A stretch of 64,000 nucleotides of DNA from Bacteroidota bacterium (GCA_035500675.1 DATJXA010000106.1:213-64212); one strand, 5' to 3'; counted from the stretch's first letter, positions 45,150 through 54,776 are shown. Numbers and translations are program-made. Notes: generated by a model from the sequence alone, not told the origin.

Positions 45150-46541
45150 TTATGGCTCTAAAGAATTGACGATATCTTTAAACACTTTTCCACGCTCTTC
45201 AAAATCTGTAAACCAATCGAACGATGTGCACGCCGGCGACAGAAGCAAGACATCTCCCGGCCGGGCGAGCGACGTTGCGACGGCGACGGTTCTGCGCATT
45301 GAAGAAATATTTGGGATCTCCGATCCGATCGTATCGACCCTTGTAACCGGAACGACACCGTCAAAATTCTTGATAACCGTTGACGCCGAATCGCCAACGG
45401 CGACAATCGCTCGGACTTTTTTCTTGACGAGGCCGACGATACCCGTGTAATCGTTCCCTTTATCTTTTCCGCCGAGGATGAGAACGATCGGCTCCGAGTA
45501 TGCGCCCAACGCCCGCGAGACTGCCTCGACCGTCGTCGCCTTAGAATCGTTGACGTATCTAATTCCCTTCGCTTCCCGGACGAACTCCTGCCGGTGTTCC
45601 ACCCCTTTAAAATTTCTCAGCGTGGAACGGATGTATGCCGGGCCGATCCCCATCGTCTGCGCAACAAGTGTTGCAGCCATCGCATTTTGGAGATTATGCT
45701 CTCCGCGTATGCTGATGTGGTCCGCATCGATGATTTCCGTTTCCCTGCCTTCAAAAATTGTTTTCATCATTCCGCGTTCTAAAAAAGCCCCCGTCTTTAA
45801 TTTTGTCGAGCTGCTGAACGGTACGACGTTACATTTCGCGCTTTCCACTTTGCGCCGCGTGATCTCGTCATCTGCATTGTAGATCAGCACATCCTGCCCT
45901 GTTTGATTCATGAAGATGCGCGCTTTGGAGGCCGCATATTTTTCCATCGAATGTTCGTATCGATCCATATGATTCTGAGTGATGTTGAGGATCACCGACA
46001 CTTTTGGATGGAACGTTTCGATGAAATCGAGCTGAAAGCTGCTCACCTCCAGAACAACAACGTCTGTCTCAGCCACATCCAGAACGAAATTTGAGAATGC
46101 CTCGCCAATGTTGCCCGCAACAACATGTTTTTTCTTTGCATCGCTGAAGATCCTCCCGACTAAAGTGGTTGTTGTCGTTTTACCGTTGCTGCCGGTGATG
46201 GCAACAATCGGCGCCCTACAAAACCAGCTTGCGGCTTCAAGCTCGCTCACGATGTTGATGCCGCGCTTTTTCGCTTCCAGAACGACGGGAGTATCACTCG
46301 GCACTCCCGGACTTAGGACCATCAATGAACAATCAAAGACCCGGTCGCTGTGACGGCCGGTTTCAAACTCAATTTTTCCTTCCTTCAGCTCCGCTATACT
46401 TTTTTTAAGCTTCGCGGCATCGTTCTTGTCGCTGACAAAGAGCGATGCGCCTTGTTTCTTCAACAATTTCGAGACGCCAACTCCGCTGCGGGCAGCGCCG
46501 ATGACGGAAACTTTTTTACCGTGAAGCTTCGATACTTCCAT
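45150..46541 (-). CDS. murD: UDP-N-acetylmuramoylalanine--D-glutamate ligase
   Basis: VSVIGAARSG and ITGSNGKTTTT. Confidence 0.95.
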   Translation of the reverse strand: MEVSKLHGKKVSVIGAARSGVGVSKLLKKQGASLFVSDKNDAAKLKKSIAELKEGKIEFETGRHSDRVFDCSLMVLSPGVPSDTPVVLEAKKRGINIVSELEAASWFCRAPIVAITGSNGKTTTTTLVGRIFSDAKKKHVVAGNIGEAFSNFVLDVAETDVVVLEVSSFQLDFIETFHPKVSVILNITQNHMDRYEHSMEKYAASKARIFMNQTGQDVLIYNADDEITRRKVESAKCNVVPFSSSTKLKTGAFLERGMMKTIFEGRETEIIDADHISIRGEHNLQNAMAATLVAQTMGIGPAYIRSTLRNFKGVEHRQEFVREAKGIRYVNDSKATTVEAVSRALGAYSEPIVLILGGKDKGNDYTGIVGLVKKKVRAIVAVGDSASTVIKNFDGVVPVTRVDTIGSEIPNISSMRRTVAVATSLARPGDVLLLSPACTSFDWFTDFEERGKVFKDIVNSLEP

Positions 46542-46560
46542 TGTGATTTTTCAGATTGCG

Positions 46561-46652
46561 CAGATTTTGCTCAGATGTCAGATTCCTTAGATTTTTTATC
46601 ACGACCGTCGTTTGAAATTTGTCTGCGCAATCTGACATCTGAGCAAAATCTG
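46561..46652. repeat. perfect 24-bp inverted repeat built from CAGATT words (mraY-murD spacer)
   Basis: cagattttgctcagatgtcagatt (46561-46584) and aatctgacatctgagcaaaatctg (46629-46652) are separated by a 44-nt spacer. The flanks continue the CAGATT word theme (46551-46660). Confidence 0.97.
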
Positions 46653-46670
46653 AGTTAATCTGTGAAATCA

Positions 46671-47786
46671 TTACCGGACCTTGAATGTTGCCAGACTCAC
46701 GATCATCAACATGATCGCGATGATATAAAACCGCGTGACAATTTTGGGCTCGGGAATTCCCATCATCTCAAAATGATGATGGATCGGCGCCATACGGAAA
46801 ATGCGCCGCCCTTCACCGTATTTTTTTCTCGTGTATTTAAAATACAGCCGCTGAATGATCACCGAAACAGTTTCCATAAAGAACACGCCGCCAAGGATCG
46901 GGAGGATGAGTTCTTTTTTGATCATGATCGTGATCGCACCGATCGCCCCTCCCAACGCGAGCGATCCGGTATCTCCCATAAAAATTTGCGCCGGGTACGA
47001 GTTGAACCACAAGAACCCGAGAGCGGCTCCTACAAGTGCGGCGCAGTAAATGACAAGCTCTCCGTTGCCCCTCAGATAAATGATGTTGAGATAATGACTG
47101 AATTCGATGTTTCCGGAAATATAGCTGATGACCGCAAGCGTCAGGGCGACGATGCCGACGGTTCCGATCGCAAGGCCGTCAAGTCCATCGGTGAGGTTGA
47201 CCGCGTTCGACGTTGCGACGATAATAAAAATCACAGCCGGTATATACATGAAAAAGAAATCGAAATTGAGGTTTTTAAAGAACGGGATTGTCGTGACCGT
47301 ATTGGCACCGATCGATTTCAGATCGGGAGACAAATACAGCGCGCCGCCCAGCACGAGCCCGACGGTCACCTGCCCGACAATTTTGTACCAACCGATCAAG
47401 CCTTTCCGTTTTTTCTTCACCACTTTAAGATAGTCGTCTAGAAATCCGACGATGCCGAGACCTGTCGTCACGAAAACGATGAGGAGGATGTACATATTCT
47501 TCAGGTCGCCCCACAGCAGTGTCGGGATCAACACCGAGCCGAGGACGATGAGCCCTCCCATCGTCGGCGTCCCGGCTTTCGTGAGGTGACTCTTGGGCGC
47601 TTCCAACTTTGCCGCTTCGCCAATTTGATGCTTCCTCAACATTGCAATGATCTTGGGGCCAATCCAAAAGCTGATAACAAGCGCCGTCACGGCGGCCGCG
47701 GCAGACCGGAACGTGAGATACCGGACAACGCCGAAACCAGGCGGATGGTAGAGTTTTTCGATCAGATTGAGAAGATAATAGAGCAT
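46671..47786 (-). CDS. mraY: phospho-N-acetylmuramoyl-pentapeptide transferase
   Basis: KAGTPTMGG, NAVNLTDGLDGLA and the C-terminus MAPIHHHFE. Confidence 0.97.
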   Translation of the reverse strand: MLYYLLNLIEKLYHPPGFGVVRYLTFRSAAAAVTALVISFWIGPKIIAMLRKHQIGEAAKLEAPKSHLTKAGTPTMGGLIVLGSVLIPTLLWGDLKNMYILLIVFVTTGLGIVGFLDDYLKVVKKKRKGLIGWYKIVGQVTVGLVLGGALYLSPDLKSIGANTVTTIPFFKNLNFDFFFMYIPAVIFIIVATSNAVNLTDGLDGLAIGTVGIVALTLAVISYISGNIEFSHYLNIIYLRGNGELVIYCAALVGAALGFLWFNSYPAQIFMGDTGSLALGGAIGAITIMIKKELILPILGGVFFMETVSVIIQRLYFKYTRKKYGEGRRIFRMAPIHHHFEMMGIPEPKIVTRFYIIAIMLMIVSLATFKVR

Positions 47787-47833
47787 TGTTAATTCCGGCT
47801 GCCGATTTTTTATTTATTGTTGACCATGAACGA

Positions 47834-49204
47834 TTAAATTTTCTCGACGATCTCTTCCATCTTCATGCCGCGCGACCCTTTCACGAGCACCGCATCGCCC
47901 GGCGCAAGCTGACTTTTCAGCGACGCGACAAGGGCGTCTTTCGTGTCGAAGTGTTCCGCGAATGGAAGCTTCGATGCTTCGTGCGTAAAGTTCGACAACG
48001 GGCCAAACGTGAGAAGGTATTCGAACTCGAGTTCCGATACCGCGAGGCCGATCTTTGCATGTTCATGCTCGGTATTCTTTCCAAGCTCAAGCATATCTCC
48101 GAGCACGACGATCTTCTTCCCTTCGACCTTCATCGAATGAAGTGTCTTGAGGGCGGCGAGAACGGAGTCCGGGTTTGCATTGTATGTATCATTGAGAATT
48201 GTCACGTTGTTCCGCCGGATGATCTCCATTCTTTTAGTCGCTCCGTGATACTGTTCTAACGCTGCAATGACTTTTTTTTTAGAGACTTTGAAATTCAAAC
48301 CAACTGCCGCTGCCGCGAGAGCGTTTGTCGCGTTGTGTAAACCGGCAACAGAAAGATGAACGGCGTCTTCTTTTCCTTTGAAAGAAATATCAAAAATCGG
48401 GCAGCCTTGGCCATCCGTCCGCACACGGCGCGCGCGAAGGTCGGCGGCTTTCTTGACGCCGTAGGTTAGTGAACGCTTCACTTTTTTTCCCGCGCGGCTC
48501 AAATGCCCGTCGTCTGCGTTGATGAACGCAAACCCCTTCGATGCAATGTTCCGAAATAACGCTGTTTCTTCTTTTGCTACGCCCTTTTCATCCCCAAAAA
48601 ATTCAAGGTGTTCTCTTCCAATATTCGTGATCAGGGCGTGGGTCGGTGCGGCAATCCCGCAAAGATAATCGAGCTCGCCGAAATGGTTCGTGCCAAGCTC
48701 GAGGACTGCAACATCATGGTGCGATTCCAAACGAAACAACATCTGCGGTACGCCAATATGGTTGTTGAGATTTCCTTCCGTGCTCAGAACGGACAATGTC
48801 GTCCTCAATACGGCGCCGACCATTTCTTTTGTCGTTGTTTTTCCATTACTGCCTCCGATGGCAAGGATCGGGATCGAAAACTTTTTCCGGTAGATCCGCG
48901 CCAACTCGCCCAGCGCCTTTGTCGTGTCGGAGACAACGGCAACGGTCTTTTGGAGGTTATCGACAAGGCTTGCATTTTCTTTTCGCCATCTCGTGTCCAC
49001 GATGATCGCAACCGCCCCGCGGTTCAACACCTCTTCGATAAAATGATGCCCGTCGAATTTCTCGCCCCGCAGCGCGATAAAAATATTTCCGGCCTTGACC
49101 GACCGCGAATCTGTCGAAACCCCTGTAACTTTTTGCTTAAACGCTCGGCCGTTGTGGATCTCCACAGAGCTGAGCTTTTTAAGGTCTTGAAGCGTCAATT
49201 TCAT
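47834..49204 (-). CDS. murF: UDP-N-acetylmuramoyl-tripeptide--D-alanyl-D-alanine ligase
   Basis: IGGSNGKTTTKEM. It has a 4-nt overlap with the murE stop. Confidence 0.93.
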   Translation of the reverse strand: MKLTLQDLKKLSSVEIHNGRAFKQKVTGVSTDSRSVKAGNIFIALRGEKFDGHHFIEEVLNRGAVAIIVDTRWRKENASLVDNLQKTVAVVSDTTKALGELARIYRKKFSIPILAIGGSNGKTTTKEMVGAVLRTTLSVLSTEGNLNNHIGVPQMLFRLESHHDVAVLELGTNHFGELDYLCGIAAPTHALITNIGREHLEFFGDEKGVAKEETALFRNIASKGFAFINADDGHLSRAGKKVKRSLTYGVKKAADLRARRVRTDGQGCPIFDISFKGKEDAVHLSVAGLHNATNALAAAAVGLNFKVSKKKVIAALEQYHGATKRMEIIRRNNVTILNDTYNANPDSVLAALKTLHSMKVEGKKIVVLGDMLELGKNTEHEHAKIGLAVSELEFEYLLTFGPLSNFTHEASKLPFAEHFDTKDALVASLKSQLAPGDAVLVKGSRGMKMEEIVEKI

Positions 49205-50724
49205 GACGCTTGGGAAACGATGAATTCCTGCACGACCTCGCGGTCGCTGAAATGGTGCTTTGTCTTGCCGATAATCTGGTAATCCTCATGCCCTTTTCCC
49301 GCAACGAGAACGATGTCTCCCGCCTTCGCTGCGGCAAGAGCGCTCAGGATCGCGCGTCGGCGGTCGGGCTCAATCGTAAGCTTTTCTTTTCGCCGTATGC
49401 CGACGAGAATATCGCCGATGATCGCGTCGGCATTTTCGGTCCGAGGATTGTCCGATGTCACTATGACGATATCGCTCAATGCATCGACAATTTTTCCCAT
49501 GAGAGGGCGTTTCGTTTTGTCCCTGTCTCCGCCGGCGCCGAACACAGTGATGATCTTGTTCGATCGTTGGGCGGGCAACACGTCTTTGATTGTATTGAGA
49601 CATTTTTCGAGCGCATCCGGCGTGTGGGCATAGTCGACAATCGCGAACCATCCTTGCGGAGAATGAATTTTCTCGAAACGTCCCGGAACGGATGCAAGGG
49701 AAGCCGCGCCTTGGACGACCGATCCGGCGGACAATCCTAGCGCAAAACCTGCCGACGAAGCGGCGAGGATATTGTAAACATTGAATTTTCCGACGAGGGG
49801 CGATCGCACTGCAATTTCTTCATTCCGATACCGGATCGAAAATCGCGTTCCTTCAATCGACATGGACACATCATGAGCAAAAACATTCGCATCCGCGGCA
49901 GTACCGTACGTCATGGTAGACGCCTTTGTTTGCTGCACGATCTTTGTTCCGTGCGGGTCGTCGATGTTCGTCACGGCGGTACTCGAAACGGGAAGGTTGT
50001 CAAACAAGATTTTTTTTGCTTGAAAATAATTTTCCATCGTGCCGTGATAATCAAGATGATCCTGCGTGAGGTTTGTGAACACCGCCGCAGCAAACTCTAG
50101 ACCGTACACGCGATCCTGATGGAGTGAATGGGATGAAACTTCCATGACAACATGCGTGCAATCTCGGTCGACCATCGTCGCAAAAAGCTTATGGAGTTCC
50201 AGCGATTCAGGCGTTGTGTGGGTCGCGGGATATTTTTCTCCGCCGATCATATACTCTATCGTCCCTATCAATCCGACTTTCCCCTTCATCGAAGGACTAC
50301 TCGACTCGAGGAAATGTTTGATGAGATACGTTGTCGTCGTTTTGCCGTTCGTGCCCGTAACGCCGATGAGCCGAAGCCGTTTGGCCGGATGTCCAAAATA
50401 ATTTGCCGACATGATCGCAAGCGCCCGACGGCTGTTCCCGACAACGATTTTCACAACGCCCGCATGCATAAAATATGAGTCTGGTAAGAGCGCATCGTCC
50501 TCGACCACCACTGCGGCGGCGCCGTTCGAGACCGCGGTAGTGATATAACTATGTCCGTCGGTCAATGCGCCTTTCATCGCCACAAACAGATCGCCTTTCT
50601 CGATTTTTCGGGAATCGTACTGAAGGCCATGAATTTCTACGTCGTGCGTTATGACCATCCTCCCATACATCGTCTGAAACATCTTCACGACCGTGACGCC
50701 TTCCAATATCGACGATAACGTCAT
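49201..50724 (-). CDS. murE: UDP-N-acetylmuramoyl-L-alanyl-D-glutamate--2,6-diaminopimelate ligase (Mur ligase E)
   Basis: GVTGTNGKTTTTYL and TSDNPRTE. ATG at 50724 (MTLSSILEG...) lies 14 nt after the ftsI stop. The ORF-track extension to 50919 overlaps ftsI and is Arg-rich nonsense. Confidence 0.93.
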   Translation of the reverse strand: MTLSSILEGVTVVKMFQTMYGRMVITHDVEIHGLQYDSRKIEKGDLFVAMKGALTDGHSYITTAVSNGAAAVVVEDDALLPDSYFMHAGVVKIVVGNSRRALAIMSANYFGHPAKRLRLIGVTGTNGKTTTTYLIKHFLESSSPSMKGKVGLIGTIEYMIGGEKYPATHTTPESLELHKLFATMVDRDCTHVVMEVSSHSLHQDRVYGLEFAAAVFTNLTQDHLDYHGTMENYFQAKKILFDNLPVSSTAVTNIDDPHGTKIVQQTKASTMTYGTAADANVFAHDVSMSIEGTRFSIRYRNEEIAVRSPLVGKFNVYNILAASSAGFALGLSAGSVVQGAASLASVPGRFEKIHSPQGWFAIVDYAHTPDALEKCLNTIKDVLPAQRSNKIITVFGAGGDRDKTKRPLMGKIVDALSDIVIVTSDNPRTENADAIIGDILVGIRRKEKLTIEPDRRRAILSALAAAKAGDIVLVAGKGHEDYQIIGKTKHHFSDREVVQEFIVSQAS

Positions 50725-50738
50725 GCCGAAATCCCGGA

Positions 50739-52931
50739 TCAATAAAGCTGCGCCGATGTGATCGGCTTCGGCTCGCAGATGAGGAGAATTTTTGCTCCGC
50801 GTTGAACCGCGGCGGAAGCCGCCGGCATCTGGCGAACTACGATTCCCGACCCAATGACGGCCGCGTCGAAATTTTCTGCCGTAAGCCGGTTGATCGCGCG
50901 GCGAAGACTCATCCCGCAAAGATTCGGGGCCGAGAGGCTGCCGCTTCCAAGTGTATCGGTACTCTCGTTGACTATTAATTGCACGGTTTCTCCGCGCTGC
51001 AACTTCGTTCCCGCCTCCGGAACTTGTTGAAGAACAATATTCCCGTTTCCGCTTGCGTTGACTCGAAAGCCGCTGCTTTCGAGTATTTCCGCTGCGGCTT
51101 CCCGCTGAATGTGCGTCACATTAGGGATCGTGACAGTCGGCGGTTGATCGTCGCTCGTTTGCTGGGCAATGGTAGACTTCGATAAGAGCCCTTTATTATT
51201 TATAATTTGCTGAGCGATCGCCTTGAATACCGGCGCACTGGCATACGCTGCCGTATACCCCCCGGCACGCGGATCTTCCACAATGACCAGACAAACAAAC
51301 TCCGGTTTTTCGGCCGGGAAAAAACCTACAAACGTCGCGTTGTAATTCCCCAACTCATACTTTCCATCGACAAATTGTCGGGATGTTCCGGTTTTTCCGG
51401 CGATGGTGATCCCGGGGATTGCCGCGGACTGGCCGGTTCCATGTTCGACGACTCCGATAAAAAAATCGCGCAGCGTTTTCGCTGTCTCCTTGGAAACCAC
51501 GCGTCTGATCGGTTCGGGTTGGCCGGCATATACAACGTTGCCGTTCTCGTCCATTTCTTTTGAGATGATGTACGGTTTCATGAGCGTTCCGCCGTTCGCA
51601 ACGGCGCAGTATGCCGCCGCGATCTGGAGCGGGGTCGCTGCCACTTCATAACCGTACGCAATTGAGTTGAGCGTCGCGCCCGACCATTCGACGGGTTTCT
51701 TTAATTCACCGTCCGCTTCGCCCGGAAGCTCTATGCCCGTCGCCATCCCAAACCCGTAATCTCGCGCTTCCTTGTAGAGTCGTTCCGCGCCAATGATGTC
51801 GCTCGCCTTCGCCATAACAATGTTGCTCGAAAATTCCATTGCCTGTTCGAACGTGATCATCCCACTTTCGTGGGTGTCGGTGATAAGACGAAACCTGCCG
51901 CCGGCGAGAGGCACTTTGTATTTTCCGTTCTCCGCGAAGAACATTTGATTGGGAGAGATCAATTTGTTCTCCAGGGCCGCCGAGGCGGTGACAATTTTAA
52001 AGACAGACCCCGGTTCATACATGTCCGTGACGGCGCGCGCCTTGAGCACTTGCGGGTCCGTGTGGGCGACATCGTAAGGGTTGACGCTCGGCACATGCGA
52101 CATCGCGAGCACTTCTCCGGTAGTGGGGTCAAGGATCATCGCGAGGCCGGAGCTTGCCTTCATCTTCTCGACGCCTTTCTTGAGTTCGTCCTCAACGATG
52201 GATTGAAGTCCTACGTCGATCGTCAGCGCGATGGAATGTCCACGAACCGGTTCCTGGCGCGGATAGTCGGCCGACGGCCTCTTGCGTCCCATGCCATCCC
52301 GCTGCATCACGACGAACCCGTCGACGCCCCGCAGGTCCTTGTCGTATGAATATTCAATTCCGCTGATGCCGACGTTGTCAATGTTCGTACATCCGATGAC
52401 CTGGCCGCCGATGTTATCGTAGTGGTACAATCTTTTTGGTTCATTGAGTTCCGCAACGCCTTCCATCGGACTCGCCTGAAGACGTTTGGCGATCTCGGGG
52501 CTCACATGCCGTTCCAGCCACACGAAGCGTTTGTCGCTGTCGAATTTTTGCAAATAGTACTGCTCCGGTTTCCCGAAAATTTTTGAAAACCTTTTGGCCA
52601 CAGCGGCGGCTCCATCACCCACGATTTTGGGGTCGGCCGCATACGAGAAAAACATCGAGTTCGAAACAAGAATATTACCCTGACGATCGTAAATGTTGCC
52701 GCGAGTTGCGGGCAGAACGATCTTGACTTCATACTGTTTGCGCGCAACGGCTTGATACTTCGAAGAGTCTATGATCTGGATTTGCACCAGCCGAACCGCC
52801 GCAACGGCAAACGCAAAAAGCAGCACTATCTTTGTGATGAGCAACCGCATGGATCGATCGGGTTGATGTCCCAAATCGGGAGTCGCATTGCCGGCTATAT
52901 TTTGCGCGGGCTCGTAAGATGACATCGTCAT
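50739..52931 (-). CDS. ftsI: class B penicillin-binding protein FtsI/PBP2B-type with two C-terminal PASTA domains
   Basis: N-terminal TM helix. Transpeptidase motifs GSVFK (SxxK), SSN and KTGT. The C-terminal 131 aa form two ~60-aa PASTA-like repeats (VTIPNV...VQLIV and LSAPNL...ILLICE). Confidence 0.92.
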   Translation of the reverse strand: MTMSSYEPAQNIAGNATPDLGHQPDRSMRLLITKIVLLFAFAVAAVRLVQIQIIDSSKYQAVARKQYEVKIVLPATRGNIYDRQGNILVSNSMFFSYAADPKIVGDGAAAVAKRFSKIFGKPEQYYLQKFDSDKRFVWLERHVSPEIAKRLQASPMEGVAELNEPKRLYHYDNIGGQVIGCTNIDNVGISGIEYSYDKDLRGVDGFVVMQRDGMGRKRPSADYPRQEPVRGHSIALTIDVGLQSIVEDELKKGVEKMKASSGLAMILDPTTGEVLAMSHVPSVNPYDVAHTDPQVLKARAVTDMYEPGSVFKIVTASAALENKLISPNQMFFAENGKYKVPLAGGRFRLITDTHESGMITFEQAMEFSSNIVMAKASDIIGAERLYKEARDYGFGMATGIELPGEADGELKKPVEWSGATLNSIAYGYEVAATPLQIAAAYCAVANGGTLMKPYIISKEMDENGNVVYAGQPEPIRRVVSKETAKTLRDFFIGVVEHGTGQSAAIPGITIAGKTGTSRQFVDGKYELGNYNATFVGFFPAEKPEFVCLVIVEDPRAGGYTAAYASAPVFKAIAQQIINNKGLLSKSTIAQQTSDDQPPTVTIPNVTHIQREAAAEILESSGFRVNASGNGNIVLQQVPEAGTKLQRGETVQLIVNESTDTLGSGSLSAPNLCGMSLRRAINRLTAENFDAAVIGSGIVVRQMPAASAAVQRGAKILLICEPKPITSAQLY

Positions 52932-53374
52932 TTCTTGGTCAACTCGTCAATTTTGTCTTGATCTACTTCAAACCACACAGGCGGTTCAGCCGGGTTTGTT
53001 AACCCCAGATCGTCTTTCGCCATCGTGCTGATCCTGTCCAGACTGGATTTACGGGCTATTTCTGCTTTAATCACTTCGTTGTCGCTAACAAGTGCGTTGT
53101 ATTTATTTGTCAGGTCGTTGACTTCTTTCATCAATTGATTTACCGCGATGACGTTTCCGGTGTAGAGAAGACAGAGTGCGGCTACGAGAAACAATCCGCT
53201 CACTATGTTGAAGGTCGAGTGTTTCCGTTGCACCGCTTTTTTGTTTACTCTTCCCGGCGGCTTTTGTCCTGCGGCCGGCGGCGCGGAAAGAACGGTTCCA
53301 TTGTAAAGATATCGTCCGTCTGATAAGGTCGGAGAATTGAGCGCCGAAACTTGATCGCGGTAGACTTGGGCCAT
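52928..53374 (-). CDS. ftsL: FtsL-like cell division protein (single TM + coiled coil)
   Basis: 148 aa. TM helix FNIVSGLFLVAALCLLYTG, then heptad-like NQLMKEVNDLTNKYNALVSDNEVIKAEI. Located between rsmH and ftsI, with overlapping stop/start on both sides. Confidence 0.7.
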   Translation of the reverse strand: MAQVYRDQVSALNSPTLSDGRYLYNGTVLSAPPAAGQKPPGRVNKKAVQRKHSTFNIVSGLFLVAALCLLYTGNVIAVNQLMKEVNDLTNKYNALVSDNEVIKAEIARKSSLDRISTMAKDDLGLTNPAEPPVWFEVDQDKIDELTKK

Positions 53375-54303
53375 TAGACTCTCTCTGCAACTCTCATTTT
53401 GGCGCTTCTGGAGCGAGGGTTCGATCGTTGCTCCCCTGTCGACGGTGCAATCGGTTTTTTTGTGAGTATTTTCAGCATCGGAATTGCAGGCGTGTCTGGC
53501 ACAAGCTTGTGGCCTGACCGGACCACTGTAGCAGAATTTTCCTGAAAAAAGTTCTTAACAATCCTGTCTTCCAGAGAGTGGTAGGAGATAACGACAATCC
53601 GTCCTCCGCTTGCAAGGAATGTTAGCGAATCGTGGAGTGCACGGGACAGGGATTCCAACTCGCTGTTTACCTCGATCCTCAAGGCCTGAAAAATTCTCGC
53701 AAGTGATTTTGTGAGAAATTGGGCATGAATCTTTTCTTCTACGACGCTCGCTAAATCGGCGGATGTTTCGATTTTCTTCGCTGATCGCCGTTCTACGATC
53801 GCCCGCGCGATGCGACGTGAATTTCTCTCTTCACCGTACTTCCAAAAGATATCCGCCAGCTGCTCGTCGGAGTACGAGTTAACGACCGTTGCCGCAGTCA
53901 TTCCCTGTCGCCGGTCCATCCTCATATCCAGCACATCGTTCGTTCGGTACGAAAAACCCTTGCTTCCCTCGTCCAGTTGAAACGAGGAAACGCCGAGATC
54001 GAGCAACAATCCTTGGATCGTCGGAATGTTGCGCGTTTGAAGGATGGAACGGATATTGGCATTATTGTCGTGAACAAAAACTGTATTGGCCGAAAATCGT
54101 CTCAGCCGTTCCCGGGCTTCGGCCTGCGCATCGGCATCGGCGTCAATGCCGATCAATGTCCCCGCTGGGTAAATTTTTTCTGCGATCCGCTCGGCGTGTC
54201 CCGCCCCACCGAGCGTTCCGTCGACATACACCCCTTCCGGTTTCGTGATAAGAAAATCGATTACTTCATCCCGAAGCACCGGAATGTGGTATTGACCGCT
54301 CAC
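53374..54303 (-). CDS. rsmH: 16S rRNA (cytosine1402-N4)-methyltransferase
   Basis: HIPVLRDEV...DGTLGGAGHA...DLGVSSFQLD. Confidence 0.95.
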   Translation of the reverse strand: MSGQYHIPVLRDEVIDFLITKPEGVYVDGTLGGAGHAERIAEKIYPAGTLIGIDADADAQAEARERLRRFSANTVFVHDNNANIRSILQTRNIPTIQGLLLDLGVSSFQLDEGSKGFSYRTNDVLDMRMDRRQGMTAATVVNSYSDEQLADIFWKYGEERNSRRIARAIVERRSAKKIETSADLASVVEEKIHAQFLTKSLARIFQALRIEVNSELESLSRALHDSLTFLASGGRIVVISYHSLEDRIVKNFFQENSATVVRSGHKLVPDTPAIPMLKILTKKPIAPSTGEQRSNPRSRSAKMRVAERV

Positions 54304-54317
54304 ATGTTTTCGCTAAG

Positions 54318-54776
54318 TTATTCCTGCGATGGTTTAAAGACCGTCGCGGCCACACTTTCATAGCTCTCGTTCTGGGATTGAGCGGTCATGTATTCGTTGT
54401 AAACCTTCGGGTCCCAGACTTCGATACGCTCTAGCATTCCAAGAATCAAAACCTCATTTTCGATCTTCGCGAACTGCAGTAGCTCCCTTGGAATCATGAT
54501 TCTGAACTGGCCGTCGAGTTGGCTTTCGGTCGCATACTGTAGGAGCGTTCGTGTAACGTACCGATGGCGTGGGTCAGCGGGAGAAAGTTGACGGAGTGAG
54601 TGTTCTACTTTGATCCATTCATCGTTCGGATAAAGGAACAAGCACGTTTCAAAGCCGCGGGTGACGATGAAAAGGTCGTTAGCTTCCGGTGAAAGGTTTT
54701 TCCGCATTTTTGCAGGAATATTAACCCTTCCTTTATTATCAACAGAGTATGAATACGAGCCTTTGAACGAAGACAT
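54318..54776 (-). CDS. mraZ: transcriptional regulator MraZ
   Basis: Two SpoVT/AbrB-like halves with DNKGRVNIP and DGQFRIMIP. ATG at 54776 is preceded by GGGAG; the ORF track starts at an upstream TTG/ATG at 54794/54791. Confidence 0.9.
   Translation of the reverse strand: MSSFKGSYSYSVDNKGRVNIPAKMRKNLSPEANDLFIVTRGFETCLFLYPNDEWIKVEHSLRQLSPADPRHRYVTRTLLQYATESQLDGQFRIMIPRELLQFAKIENEVLILGMLERIEVWDPKVYNEYMTAQSQNESYESVAATVFKPSQE

Noticed and set aside
48272-48280. A9 run in murF (codons KKK) as a second frameshift site.
   Set aside because: There is no biological precedent for murF recoding. The -1 frame does not stop immediately. AAA-rich Lys runs are common in this genome (also at 59770 and 33121). 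It serves mainly as a caution for the dnaX interpretation.
50725-50919. N-terminal extension of the murE ORF in the track (MRDESSPRDQPAYGRKFRRGRHW...).
   Set aside because: It overlaps the 3' end of ftsI by 180 nt, is Arg-rich nonsense, and an ATG at 50724 gives a normal MurE N-terminus. Similar TTG-initiated extensions were trimmed for the ABC permease (21494), the Gly/Arg-tail lipoprotein (12713), dnaX (62155) and mraZ (54794).
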